Under the pieces are notes generated by a model. That model was given only the letters and a program-made list of their open reading frames with translations, searched no databases and was not told the DNA's origin. Positions 19,255 to 28,763 of a stretch of DNA of 64,000 nt are shown one piece after another; the first letter of the stretch is position 1; the number at the start of each line of letters is the position of its first letter. Both the position numbers and the translations under genes were made by a program. Source of the stretch: Spirochaetia bacterium (GTDB taxonomy: Bacteria; Spirochaetota; Spirochaetia; CADAEX01); assembly GCA_963662265.2 (NCBI GenBank), contig CAXXHA010000035.1, positions 128,001-192,000 of the forward strand, read 5' to 3'.

Positions 19255-20361
19255 ATGCAGATTGATTTGTCTGTGAAAGAGGTGCAGAAACGATTCGGAC
19301 AGTTTACAGCAGTGGATAACGTCTCTTTCGATGTGGAGGATGGTAAATTCTTTTCAATTCTGGGTCCTTCAGGATGCGGAAAAACAACTCTTCTTAGAAT
19401 GATTGCCGGTTTTTACGAACCGTCAGCAGGAAAAATAGAAATTCGCGGCCAGGATATGGCCAATGTTGAACCGAATAAAAGGCCTGTAAATCTTGTATTT
19501 CAACATCTTGCACTTTTTCCGATGATGGATGTCAAGGAAAATATAGCATTCGGTCTGAAACGACGGGGGGAAAAAGGCCCCGGAGTTTATAAAAAAGTAA
19601 ATAATCTGCTGGAAAGAGTAGGGCTTCCTGACCAGGGCAACAAGAGGATAAATCAGCTTTCAGGAGGTCAGAAACAGAGAGTTGCTATTGCAAGGTGTCT
19701 TATTCTTGAACCTGCAGTACTTCTACTGGATGAGCCTCTCGGAGCACTGGACCTTAAACTTAGAGAACATATGAAAGTTGAACTTAAAAAACTCCAGGTT
19801 GAGGTTGGTACAACTTTCGTTTATATCACCCATGACCAGTCGGAAGCTCTTGTTATGAGTGACAAGGTTGCAGTAATGAACCAGGGGAAATTCGAACAGG
19901 TAGATACCCCTCAGAATCTCTACGGTAAACCTGCTTCTTCGTTTGTTGCCCAGTTTGTAGGCGATAATAACCAGTTTATCGGAAAGCTTTCGAAGAATGA
20001 GAAAGGGCAGTTCTTTGTTGTTACAGATGACAATAATAAATATTTCATAGACTCTTCATGTGATGTAAATGAAAATGACAGGGTTGAAATGTATATAAGA
20101 CCTGAAGCTATGATAATCAATCCATCTTCAGATAAGGAGCTTAACAAGATTAAAGCTGATGTAAAAGCAATTCTCTTTGACGGCGGAAACAGCCGTCTTC
20201 TTGTAAATCCTCTTGGAGGCTCAAAGGATATGATTGTTTCACTTCCTCAGAACAGGCAGTTTGATCATATAAAATCAGGCGACAGTGTTGAAATCGGATG
20301 GGATTCCGCTTCTGCAGCATGTTTTAAGGAGTCAGGAGTAAAAACCTATGATGAACTCTAA
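19255..20361 (+). CDS. ABC transporter ATP-binding protein, PotA family
   Basis: GPSGCGKT, LSGGQKQR and LLLDEP motifs with a TOBE-type C-terminus. Confidence 0.93.
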   Translation: MQIDLSVKEVQKRFGQFTAVDNVSFDVEDGKFFSILGPSGCGKTTLLRMIAGFYEPSAGKIEIRGQDMANVEPNKRPVNLVFQHLALFPMMDVKENIAFGLKRRGEKGPGVYKKVNNLLERVGLPDQGNKRINQLSGGQKQRVAIARCLILEPAVLLLDEPLGALDLKLREHMKVELKKLQVEVGTTFVYITHDQSEALVMSDKVAVMNQGKFEQVDTPQNLYGKPASSFVAQFVGDNNQFIGKLSKNEKGQFFVVTDDNNKYFIDSSCDVNENDRVEMYIRPEAMIINPSSDKELNKIKADVKAILFDGGNSRLLVNPLGGSKDMIVSLPQNRQFDHIKSGDSVEIGWDSASAACFKESGVKTYDEL

Positions 20362-21217
20362 GAAAACAAAAATCAGATGGGGATTTATAATGTTTTTTAC
20401 TCCGGTGGCGCTCTGGCTTGGATTATTAATCATTGTTCCCCATCTTGATCTTTTAAGGATGTCTTTTGTAGGTTCTGATTATCTTGGTGAATCAGGATTT
20501 ACATTGAATCATTACAAGAGCTTTTTTACAGAGCCGATATACTGGCTTACATTTGTCAGGACAGCCATGTATTCTATCATTGTAACTGCAATTGTGCTTA
20601 TTATATCGCTGCCTGTCTCTTTTTATGTAACAAAGATTGCCAATTTCAAGGTTCAGGGTTTTCTGATGGTCCTCCTGCTCCTCCCTTTCTGGGTAAGTGA
20701 GCTTATAAGGGTTTACGGTTGGATGATCCTCCTCAGGGAAAGCGGCGTTATTAATAAATTCATGCTTGCCCTCGGGCTTTGGGATAAGCCTATTGAAATG
20801 CTTTATAACGATACAGTTATGATTATGGGGCTTGTATACACAACAATACTTTTCATGGCAGTCCCTGTAATCGGTGTAATGGAAGGTCTTGATGACTCAT
20901 ATATTGAGGCTGCATATGATCTTGGAGCAAAGAAAATAACAATCTGGAGAAAGATTATAATACCTCACTGCATGCCTGGAATTATGTCGGGAAGTATCAT
21001 GGTATTCATGCTTGTGCTTGGAAGTTATCTGACTCCGAACCTCATGGGAGGTAAGAACTCTCTCTGGTTTACACAGCAGATTTACAACCAGTTTATCCTT
21101 TATTTTAACTGGAACCAGGGATCAGCATTCGGATTTATGCTCCTTTTTATGTCTTCAATAATTATCTGGGCAGCTCTCAAATTAAGTGGTCAGCAGCTGA
21201 GTAAGGTGGTGAAATAG
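20348..21217 (+). CDS. ABC transporter permease, PotB family
   Basis: TM segments, LPFWVS and EAAYDLGA. Confidence 0.92.
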   Translation: MMNSKKTKIRWGFIMFFTPVALWLGLLIIVPHLDLLRMSFVGSDYLGESGFTLNHYKSFFTEPIYWLTFVRTAMYSIIVTAIVLIISLPVSFYVTKIANFKVQGFLMVLLLLPFWVSELIRVYGWMILLRESGVINKFMLALGLWDKPIEMLYNDTVMIMGLVYTTILFMAVPVIGVMEGLDDSYIEAAYDLGAKKITIWRKIIIPHCMPGIMSGSIMVFMLVLGSYLTPNLMGGKNSLWFTQQIYNQFILYFNWNQGSAFGFMLLFMSSIIIWAALKLSGQQLSKVVK

Positions 21218-21218
21218 T

Positions 21219-22076
21219 ATGATTAGAACATTACCAAGCAGCAGACTGTATAAAAACAGTTTTCATATTTTTATAATTATTTATTTTGTGGTCCTGTTTG
21301 CACCGCTTCTTGTTACATGTGTGCTTGCATTCAACGATTCAATGTTTCCGTCACTTCCATGGAACGGTTTTACTCTTGACTGGTTTTTCAGTGACGGTCC
21401 GGAAAAGATAGGTATTTTTCATGATAATACAAACCTGAGAAGTATATTTGTATCATTCAAGGTTGCAATTGCAGTTTCTATTCTTTCAACAATAGTAGGA
21501 ACATGCGCGGCATTTCTGTTTGAGCAGGAAGATTTCAGATTCAAGAATGCTCTTTATTTTCTTATGATAGCACCGCTTGTAATTCCCGGTGTTATTCTTG
21601 GTATATCAATTCTTGTATTTACAAACAACTTCGGCCTTTTTCTTGAAGAAACTTTCGGTCTTGATGTTGAGTTTCTTATGCCGGGATACTGGCTGGTTGT
21701 TTTAGGACAGTTTTCATTTATCACAACAATGGTAGCTCTTGTGGTTTCCGCAAGGCTCAAGAAATTTGACAGGACTCTTGAAGAGGCAGCATATAATCTT
21801 GGAGCCAACAGGCTTGAAGTTATATGGTTTATAACTCTTAAATACCTGAGGCCTTCAATCATTGGCGGGGCTGCTCTCGCATTCCTGATGTCGTTTGAAA
21901 ATTTCAATACGACACTGTTTCTTACTGGATCAGAATCCACTCTTCCCATTACCCTGTATCTTCAGGTAAGGGACGGTTCGACTCCTGTAATAAACGCGAT
22001 TTCATTCCTGCTTATTGTTACAACATCGATATTTGCTGTAATAAACCTTTATGCTTCTTCAAAGAACAAGGAGTAG
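21219..22076 (+). CDS. ABC transporter permease, PotC family
   Basis: TM segments, EEAAYNLGA and SFENF. Confidence 0.92.
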   Translation: MIRTLPSSRLYKNSFHIFIIIYFVVLFAPLLVTCVLAFNDSMFPSLPWNGFTLDWFFSDGPEKIGIFHDNTNLRSIFVSFKVAIAVSILSTIVGTCAAFLFEQEDFRFKNALYFLMIAPLVIPGVILGISILVFTNNFGLFLEETFGLDVEFLMPGYWLVVLGQFSFITTMVALVVSARLKKFDRTLEEAAYNLGANRLEVIWFITLKYLRPSIIGGAALAFLMSFENFNTTLFLTGSESTLPITLYLQVRDGSTPVINAISFLLIVTTSIFAVINLYASSKNKE

Positions 22077-22340
22077 ACCGGAATTTTTTAAACGCTTCTG
22101 TTCCTGCCTGGGTAGAGCCCGGAAATCAGCAGTAATGGAAGCAGAAGGATTAAGATTATTCGCAGGGCGGGTATGATCCCTTATCAGGGGGATTCCTGAA
22201 CTGCTCTGTAAAGATTTTGTCAGGTATTGTTAAGGGTGATAGGCCTGCAACACAAAAAATCCTTACAGAACCATAACCGCGAAGCTTGCGGCGGGGTTGT
22301 TGATTCCTGTATGTTTTGATAAACTTACAGGAAATTATTA

Positions 22341-22405
22341 AGGCTGAGATTAAGAGAGCCGGGCACAGAATGGTACTTAGGGATACCTGTGTCCGGCTTT
22401 TTTTT
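22341..22405 (+). promoter_or_regulatory. GlpP-type antitermination leader/terminator, copy E
   Basis: AGGCTGAGATTAAGAGAGCCGGGCACAG...CTGTGTCCGGCTTTTTTTT, immediately before the DHH gene. Confidence 0.85.
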
Positions 22406-22418
22406 AGGGATGGTGAAA

Positions 22419-23645
22419 ATGGATAACAAAATTGGTGAATTTTTTGAAACTTTGCGAAGCGGAATTTCTGCTCTTAAGAATCATGAATCTAAAGAGCTTT
22501 TTCTTCTTCATCATAATGACTCTGACGGACTGACTTCCGGGGCTATTCTTTTGAAAGCTTTCGAGAGGGAAGGGTATGATGTTAAAAGGTTTTCCCTGGA
22601 AAAACCGTATCCGGATGTTCTGAAAAAGCTTTTTGATGAAAACAGCGGAAAAATAATTGTCTTTGCAGATTTTGCAGGAAAAATAGCTCCCATGCTTTCA
22701 GAATTCAACAGGGGAAAAAATCTTGTTCTTGTTCTGGACCATCACAGGGCAGAACCTGTTTTGAATGATAATACAGTACTTAACCTTGATCCTGATCTTT
22801 TCGGACTCAAGGGAGACAGGGATATTTCCGCTTCTGTGGTATGTTATCTGTTTGCCAGAGAACTGAACAGCATGAATGAAGATCTTGTTCATATTGCCGC
22901 ATTCGGCGGAATCGCAGATTTTTATTATCGTGATGAGGATGTTCATTCTTTCAACAGGGAATGTGTTGAAGATGCATGTGCAATCGGATTAATGAGGATT
23001 GAGTACAGAGACGGCAAAGAGCGGTTTATTATACGCCTGGGGGACAGGGAAGTTGATGTTGTGGAATTCTACCCTCTTCTCGATACACTCGGCGGAGTCG
23101 GATTTTATGACAGGGGGCCTGAGAAGGGGATTGATCTGCTTCTAAACGGTCTTGAGGATAGACATGTGGAAGAAATCAATAAACTGATGTCTGTCAAGGA
23201 AAAGATATTTGAAAAAGAAATAAGCAGGATGATGAAAAAAGACTACCATGAAACTGATGACATAATCTGGTTTGATGTTGAAGACAGGTTTGCTCCCATG
23301 GGAGTTAAAATGATCGGGGTTTTCTGCGAGGAAATTGTTGAAGCAGAGTACATAGATCAGAATAAATATCTTGCAGGTTTTCAGAGAATCCCTGACACAG
23401 TTCCCGGATTCGGCGAACTTGAAATGGGACAGACAAAAGTTTCAATGAGAACTTCTGCAGTTCTTTCAAAGAGGATCCTGGAAAAGGAAATTCCCGGGCT
23501 TAATGATTTTCTTCCGGAAGCAACTGTCAACCTCGGCGGTTTTGCAGATGCATGCCACAGTATTGCTGCTGCAACTACAATAGATATCGGCATGGAAGAA
23601 AAGCTGATGGATGAAACACAGAGAACATTAAACACGAAGAAATAA
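22419..23645 (+). CDS. DHH family phosphoesterase
   Basis: HHNDSDG (DxDG), FADFA, LDHH and GIAD motifs. Start moved to ATG 22419 because the longer ORF overlaps the terminator. Confidence 0.85.
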   Translation: MDNKIGEFFETLRSGISALKNHESKELFLLHHNDSDGLTSGAILLKAFEREGYDVKRFSLEKPYPDVLKKLFDENSGKIIVFADFAGKIAPMLSEFNRGKNLVLVLDHHRAEPVLNDNTVLNLDPDLFGLKGDRDISASVVCYLFARELNSMNEDLVHIAAFGGIADFYYRDEDVHSFNRECVEDACAIGLMRIEYRDGKERFIIRLGDREVDVVEFYPLLDTLGGVGFYDRGPEKGIDLLLNGLEDRHVEEINKLMSVKEKIFEKEISRMMKKDYHETDDIIWFDVEDRFAPMGVKMIGVFCEEIVEAEYIDQNKYLAGFQRIPDTVPGFGELEMGQTKVSMRTSAVLSKRILEKEIPGLNDFLPEATVNLGGFADACHSIAAATTIDIGMEEKLMDETQRTLNTKK

Positions 23646-23687
23646 TTCCAAAACTTTATTTTGGGCATTCTTTCTTCGTGTAGCGAC

Positions 23688-23861
23688 AGAGACTTTTCGC
23701 AAGAAAAGTGCTCGATAGCGTTTAATGTACGAATAATTCAGAGACTTCTCCGCAGGAGAAGTGCTCGAACGAAAGAGACTTTTCCTATGGAGAAGTGTTC
23801 GAAAAATGTCAAAAAAGGTTTTGACATAAGCGGCAGGGGCTTCCTGAAAGGAAGTACTCAA
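23688..23861 (+). repeat. Array of four related hairpins with a bulged purine; candidate structured cis-regulatory RNA
   Basis: Units at 23688-23715, 23740-23768, 23774-23802 and 23835-23861, consensus AGAGACTTYYC-loop-GRRAAGT-R-CTC, with compensatory and G-U changes. Confidence 0.8.
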
Positions 23862-23954
23862 AAGCGAACTGATAGCGATATTAAATTGAAATTGATTCGG
23901 GAACTTTGTTATTAGAAGTACCGTAATTATTACTGTTAACGACAGGAGGATAAA

Positions 23955-24926
23955 ATGGGTAAAGGAAGCGCATTTGGAAAAAACATTCTGATAGGGGATC
24001 AGTTTGTACTTAACGGAGTACCGGCAATTGTATCAGCATTGCCGTATAAAACAGAAACAATTGTTGAAAGAGATGAATCTGTAGACGGATTTGTTGTTGA
24101 GGACAACAGGGTAGAAGTTCCCGGATATAAGAAGAAAAAAGAAGCTTCTTGCAGAAAATCATACGAAATGATGATCGAAGCTATGAGTATTGATCTCAAG
24201 AAGAATCCTATGAGAATAAAAGTTGGCGGTGATCTTCTTGCAGGAAGCGGAGTAGGAGCAAGCGGTGCTATAAGCGTTTCTTTCGGTAAGGCATGCAACG
24301 ATGAATTCAATCTTGGCTATGATGTCCTTGAAGAAAACAGAATCGGCTGGGTTGGAGAGCATGCATATCACGGTATTCCAAGCGGTGTAGATAATACTGC
24401 TTCTACTTTCGGCGGACTCATGATGTATATGATCAGGGACGGTAAGAAAATGTATGAAAGAATTGTTCCTGCCAAACCTCTTTATGTTGTACTTGCAAAC
24501 AGCGGAATAACCTACAACACAGCTCTTCTTGATGATCATATTGACGGTCTTATTGAAAATAATCCGGGCAAATTCTATACAAGTCTTAATAAAGTTACTT
24601 CACAGGTTTATGAAATGAAGAAAGCAATTGAAACAGGTGATCTTCAGGCAGTGGGCGATATTATGGTTGAAAACCATAATATCCTTATTGATATGGACCT
24701 CAGTGCTGACAGGCTTATTGAACTCTGTGACAGGGCAATAAAGATGGGTGCATACGGTGCAAAACTCACAGGCGGCGGAAGAGGGGGGTACATGGTGTCT
24801 CTCGTTGAAAGCCCTGAAATGCAGGATAAGATTGCATCAGATTTTGAAAAGGATGATATTCCTGTGATCAAGGCGCAGCTGGGTCTTGGCGCTATAGATG
24901 ATGCTGATTTCAGGCTTCTTGTATAG
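23955..24926 (+). CDS. GHMP kinase, mevalonate-kinase-like (divergent)
   Basis: GKNILIGDQ (cf. KxILxGEH), GSGVGASGA, PSGVDN and KLTGGGRGG motifs; RBS AGGAGG. Confidence 0.85.
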   Translation: MGKGSAFGKNILIGDQFVLNGVPAIVSALPYKTETIVERDESVDGFVVEDNRVEVPGYKKKKEASCRKSYEMMIEAMSIDLKKNPMRIKVGGDLLAGSGVGASGAISVSFGKACNDEFNLGYDVLEENRIGWVGEHAYHGIPSGVDNTASTFGGLMMYMIRDGKKMYERIVPAKPLYVVLANSGITYNTALLDDHIDGLIENNPGKFYTSLNKVTSQVYEMKKAIETGDLQAVGDIMVENHNILIDMDLSADRLIELCDRAIKMGAYGAKLTGGGRGGYMVSLVESPEMQDKIASDFEKDDIPVIKAQLGLGAIDDADFRLLV

Positions 24927-25374
24927 GAGGTAATGTCAGGGATTTTGTTTCCGGTTATTTATTCCGGAGCAAATTAAATAATGATATATGCATATACAGC
25001 TTGCTGCATATGCTGCCGTAAAGATTCTCCCTGTGAAGGGGAGAATCTTCCGGTAAAAATAATTCTGTAAATATGCGGCTCATGTTTGCAGATGAAACAG
25101 TGGTGGAAAAAATATTTTCTGATTTCAGGGTATTGTGGTGGTGCCCTGGATTCAGGAAATGCTGAATACTTTTGTATTCGGCAGAGTATTTTTTATAAGA
25201 AGTAAAACTGTCTGGAGGCTTGTAATTAACAGCAGTTTTACTTCTGAAAATAAAAGTGATGAACCGGTGTTTATTAGAACACGGGCAAAACGTTAGTCGC
25301 TAAGAAAAAGGCGAGTTTATAGTGCTGTTGAAACCGGTTTATATGGATTAAAAATGGAAAAGAGAGGAGAAAAT

Positions 25375-26499
25375 ATGGCATATCAGGATCAGTATAAAGA
25401 TTGTGAATGGGTCGAATTCGAAGTACTTGAAAGCTTCATGAAAGATGCTCTTGTGGGAATAGGTGTACCGGAAGAGGATGCAAAAATAATAGGTGATGTT
25501 CTTATTGAATCAGACAAGAGAGGAATAGACTCTCACGGTATAGGCCGTCTCAAACCGATTTACATTGAACGAATTGATGCGGGTATACTCAACCCGGAAA
25601 CAAAAATTGATATTGTTACAGACGAGAAAGCTGTAGCTGTTCTTGACGGGAACAACGGTATGGGGCATGTTGTGTCACATAAGGCAATGAGCATGGCAAT
25701 TGATAAGGCCAGGGAATATGGTATCGGTATGACTGTTGTCAGGAATTCAAACCATTACGGTATTGCAGGGTATTATCCGCTCATGGCTATTAAAGAGGAT
25801 ATGCTGGGTATAACAGGAACCAATGCAAGGCCCTCTATTGCACCGACTTTCGGAGTTGAAAACATGCTTGGGACAAATCCCCTGACAATCGGTGTTCCGA
25901 CAGATGAAGAATTCCCGTTTGTAATTGATGCAGCAACAAGTGTTACACAGAGGGGAAAAATCGAGGTTTATGACAGGGCAGGAAAGGAACTCCCCCCCGG
26001 ATGGGTTATAGGGAATGACGGTACAAGCCGTGAAGATACCAAACAGGTACTTGTTGACCTGACAAAGGGAAAGGCTGCTCTTACCCCGATGGGCGGACTT
26101 GGAGAGGCCGGAGCAGGGTATAAAGGATACGGATGGGCAACTGCTGTTGAAATACTTTCAGCTGCTCTTCAGGGCGGATCATACCTTAAGGCTCTAAACG
26201 GATATGATGAGGATGGAAACAGAATCCCCTATCCTCTGGGACATTTCTTCATAGCAATTAATCCTGAAATGTTTTTGGGAAAGGACCTTTTCAAGACAAT
26301 TGCAGGTTCAATCTGCCGGGAACTCAGGAATTCCAGAGTTGCTCCTGGCCAGGACAAGATATATACAGCAGGGGAAAAGGAATGGCTTGCATGGCAGTAC
26401 AGAAAAGACCATGGCTGTCCTGTTCCTAAAGTGCTTCAGAATGAAATGATTGAATTAAGAGACCGATTTAATCTTGATTATAAGTTTGATTTTGAATAG
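25375..26499 (+). CDS. Ldh_2 family (malate/L-lactate/ureidoglycolate-type) dehydrogenase
   Basis: RGIDSHG, NSNHYG, GTNP and GYKGYG motifs; ATG 25375 follows RBS GAGGAG. Confidence 0.92.
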   Translation: MAYQDQYKDCEWVEFEVLESFMKDALVGIGVPEEDAKIIGDVLIESDKRGIDSHGIGRLKPIYIERIDAGILNPETKIDIVTDEKAVAVLDGNNGMGHVVSHKAMSMAIDKAREYGIGMTVVRNSNHYGIAGYYPLMAIKEDMLGITGTNARPSIAPTFGVENMLGTNPLTIGVPTDEEFPFVIDAATSVTQRGKIEVYDRAGKELPPGWVIGNDGTSREDTKQVLVDLTKGKAALTPMGGLGEAGAGYKGYGWATAVEILSAALQGGSYLKALNGYDEDGNRIPYPLGHFFIAINPEMFLGKDLFKTIAGSICRELRNSRVAPGQDKIYTAGEKEWLAWQYRKDHGCPVPKVLQNEMIELRDRFNLDYKFDFE

Positions 26500-26757
26500 A
26501 AATTAAGTGCAGACACTGTCTGCATATTATCCGGTTTGTTTTCTGGTAAAGCTGAAATACTTATTTTCATGGATCAGAATATGTTGTTATGCTTTAAGCC
26601 GGATGCATGTTGTTTATGAACTGTCTGTTTCATCATTCAGATCATGAATAATTCACCGCAATTTATCCTGATTTTACATTCCGCTTTAAATCTGCAGAGT
26701 GTAAAAAATCAACCGTAATACAGGATTGTTGCCTGAAGAATATTTTGGAGAAGAATA

Positions 26758-28041
26758 ATGGATGAACTTAAAAAGAAAGCTCTCTTATATCACTCGGAAG
26801 GGAAACCCGGTAAGATCGAAGTAATCTCAACAAAGCCCTGCCATACAGCAGAAGAGCTTTCTCTTGCATATACTCCCGGAGTTGCAAAACCGGTGCTTGA
26901 AATAGCTGAGGATCCTAGCTCAGCATATAAATATACAGCAAGGGGAAATCTTGTCGCAGTTATCTCCAATGGTACTGCAATACTCGGTCTTGGAGACAGG
27001 GGGGCCCTTGCTTCAAAACCTGTAATGGAAGGAAAGGGTGTTCTTTTCAAGAGGTTTGCAGATATAGATGTATTTGATCTTGAAGTTGATACAAAGGATC
27101 CTGAAAAACTCATAGAAGTTGTGAAGCTTCTTGAACCTACATTTGGCGGGATCAACCTTGAAGATATTAAGGCACCTGAATGCTTTGAGATTGAAAAGAG
27201 GCTGATCGAGGAGTGCGATATCCCAGTTTTTCACGATGACCAACATGGTACTGCAATAATCAGCACTGCAGCCCTTATAAATGCTGTTGAAATCACTGGA
27301 AAGAAAATTGATGAGATGAAGGTTGTTTTCAACGGTGCGGGAGCTGCCGGTATTTCCTGTGCAAGAATGTTCAAGGCAGCAGGAATCAGGGGTGAAAATA
27401 TTCTGATGTGCGATTCCCGCGGCGTTCTCCATGAGGGAAGAAGATCTGAACTTAATGAAATGAAGCAGGAATTTGTCAATGAGACAGAGGCAAGAACTCT
27501 TTCCGATGCTCTGAAAGGAGCCGATGTTTTTATAGGCGTGTCTGTCCCTGACTGCGTGACTGCCGAGATGCTCAATACTATGGCTGAAAATCCTGTAGTT
27601 TTTGCAATGGCGAATCCAAATCCTGAAATTACATATGAACTAGCAACTTCAACAAGAAGCGACGTGATTATGGGTACGGGAAGAAGCGATTATCCTAACC
27701 AGGTAAACAATGTTCTCGGATTTCCTTTTATTTTCAGGGGTGCTCTTGATGTGAGAGCCTCAAAAATATCAGAAGGAATGAAGATGGCTGCGGCTGAAGC
27801 TCTTGCTATGCTTGCGAGGGAAGAAGTTCCTGAAATTGTCAAAAAAGCCTACGGTGGAAAAGATTTCACTTTCGGAGTTGATTATGTTATCCCCAAACCT
27901 TTTGATCCGAGAGTAATAGAATGGGAAGCACTTGCAGTTGCAAAGGCAGCGTGTGAAGAGGGGCTTGCAAAAGAACCTGTCACAGACTGGGATGCTTACA
28001 GGGCTGAGCTTAAAAAGCGGATGGAGCCTTTCTGGAAGTAG
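26758..28041 (+). CDS. NAD(P)-dependent malic enzyme (no PTA domain)
   Basis: [30 protein letters not shown] and [11 protein letters not shown] motifs. Confidence 0.95.
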   Translation: MDELKKKALLYHSEGKPGKIEVISTKPCHTAEELSLAYTPGVAKPVLEIAEDPSSAYKYTARGNLVAVISNGTAILGLGDRGALASKPVMEGKGVLFKRFADIDVFDLEVDTKDPEKLIEVVKLLEPTFGGINLEDIKAPECFEIEKRLIEECDIPVFHDDQHGTAIISTAALINAVEITGKKIDEMKVVFNGAGAAGISCARMFKAAGIRGENILMCDSRGVLHEGRRSELNEMKQEFVNETEARTLSDALKGADVFIGVSVPDCVTAEMLNTMAENPVVFAMANPNPEITYELATSTRSDVIMGTGRSDYPNQVNNVLGFPFIFRGALDVRASKISEGMKMAAAEALAMLAREEVPEIVKKAYGGKDFTFGVDYVIPKPFDPRVIEWEALAVAKAACEEGLAKEPVTDWDAYRAELKKRMEPFWK

Positions 28042-28321
28042 CAGGTTTTAATACGGGGTGCGGATATACTGGTAATCTGGTTATCGGTACCCATTTATAC
28101 GTAATATTCTGTTATTGAAGAGAAGAATCCGATATATTTAATCAGGCAGAGAAATTAAGCTTAGCTTTTTTGGATAAAGGTAATTAATTCAGTTTTATGA
28201 CCGTGATTCTGCCTTGCATTTTAAAAATGTAATTAAATCAGTAATCAGCAGCAGAATGCCAACTGCTGATTGAATATTTTCTTAAAACCACACCTTTTTT
28301 TGTAGAGAATTAACAATTCTC

Positions 28322-28352
28322 GGGGGGATGTATTATATATCTCCCCTTTTTT
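28322..28352 (+). terminator. Putative intrinsic terminator
   Basis: GGGGGATGTA/TATATCTCC stem followed by a T6 tract. Confidence 0.55.
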
Positions 28353-28763
28353 ATTGTCATACCGGGAATGAACTATTAAAAATGTATATATCAAATATTC
28401 CGAGAATCAAGTTTCTGATTTCCAGATAATTATTTAATAATTTGACAGATTATCAGCGGCATTATTCAAAGTAATTGTGATTATTATAAACCGTACAAAT
28501 ACTCATCCCCCTCATGTACAGGATAATTGGTATTCCCAATGCAGCAATAGTTATTTGAATCCGGGAAAACAGCTGGCTTTTGTAATTAAAGTATGTGGAT
28601 ATTGTGATAAAACAGGACAGATAAAATCCCGGGAAAAAATATTTCCCGGAATATCATGTATTTGTGTATAGTTCAGATATTCGGAATAAGACTCAAAGCC
28701 TGATAAAAGTCTCTGGTTACCTGTAATCAGGCTGTTCTGCAGAGCCTGTATCGGAAATACAGC

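Noticed and set aside
23688-23861. Possible mini CRISPR array
   Set aside because: The 27-29-nt units are palindromic but differ in sequence, the spacers are 24, 5 and 32 nt, and no cas gene is in the window.
23740-23861. CsrB/RsmZ-like sRNA, because three units contain GGA
   Set aside because: The GGA bases are paired in the stems rather than exposed in loops, and the first unit lacks GGA.
23661-23915. Small ORFs (84 aa +, 77 aa -) across the hairpin array as leader peptides
   Set aside because: No convincing RBS, and the repeats fall in different reading frames, so the conservation is not at protein level.
23955-24926. Calling the kinase mvk and inferring a mevalonate pathway
   Set aside because: The GEH motif is altered and no other MVA gene is in the window, so the symbol is withheld.
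28144-28171. Sixth GlpP-type leader (AGGCAGAGAAATTAAGCTTAGCTTTTTT)
   Set aside because: Only the first half of the motif is present, with no GAGAGCC, no long stem and no credible downstream gene on this strand.
28477-28671. 64-aa ORF with a CGYC motif
   Set aside because: GTG start without an RBS in AT-rich intergenic DNA, and no family resemblance.
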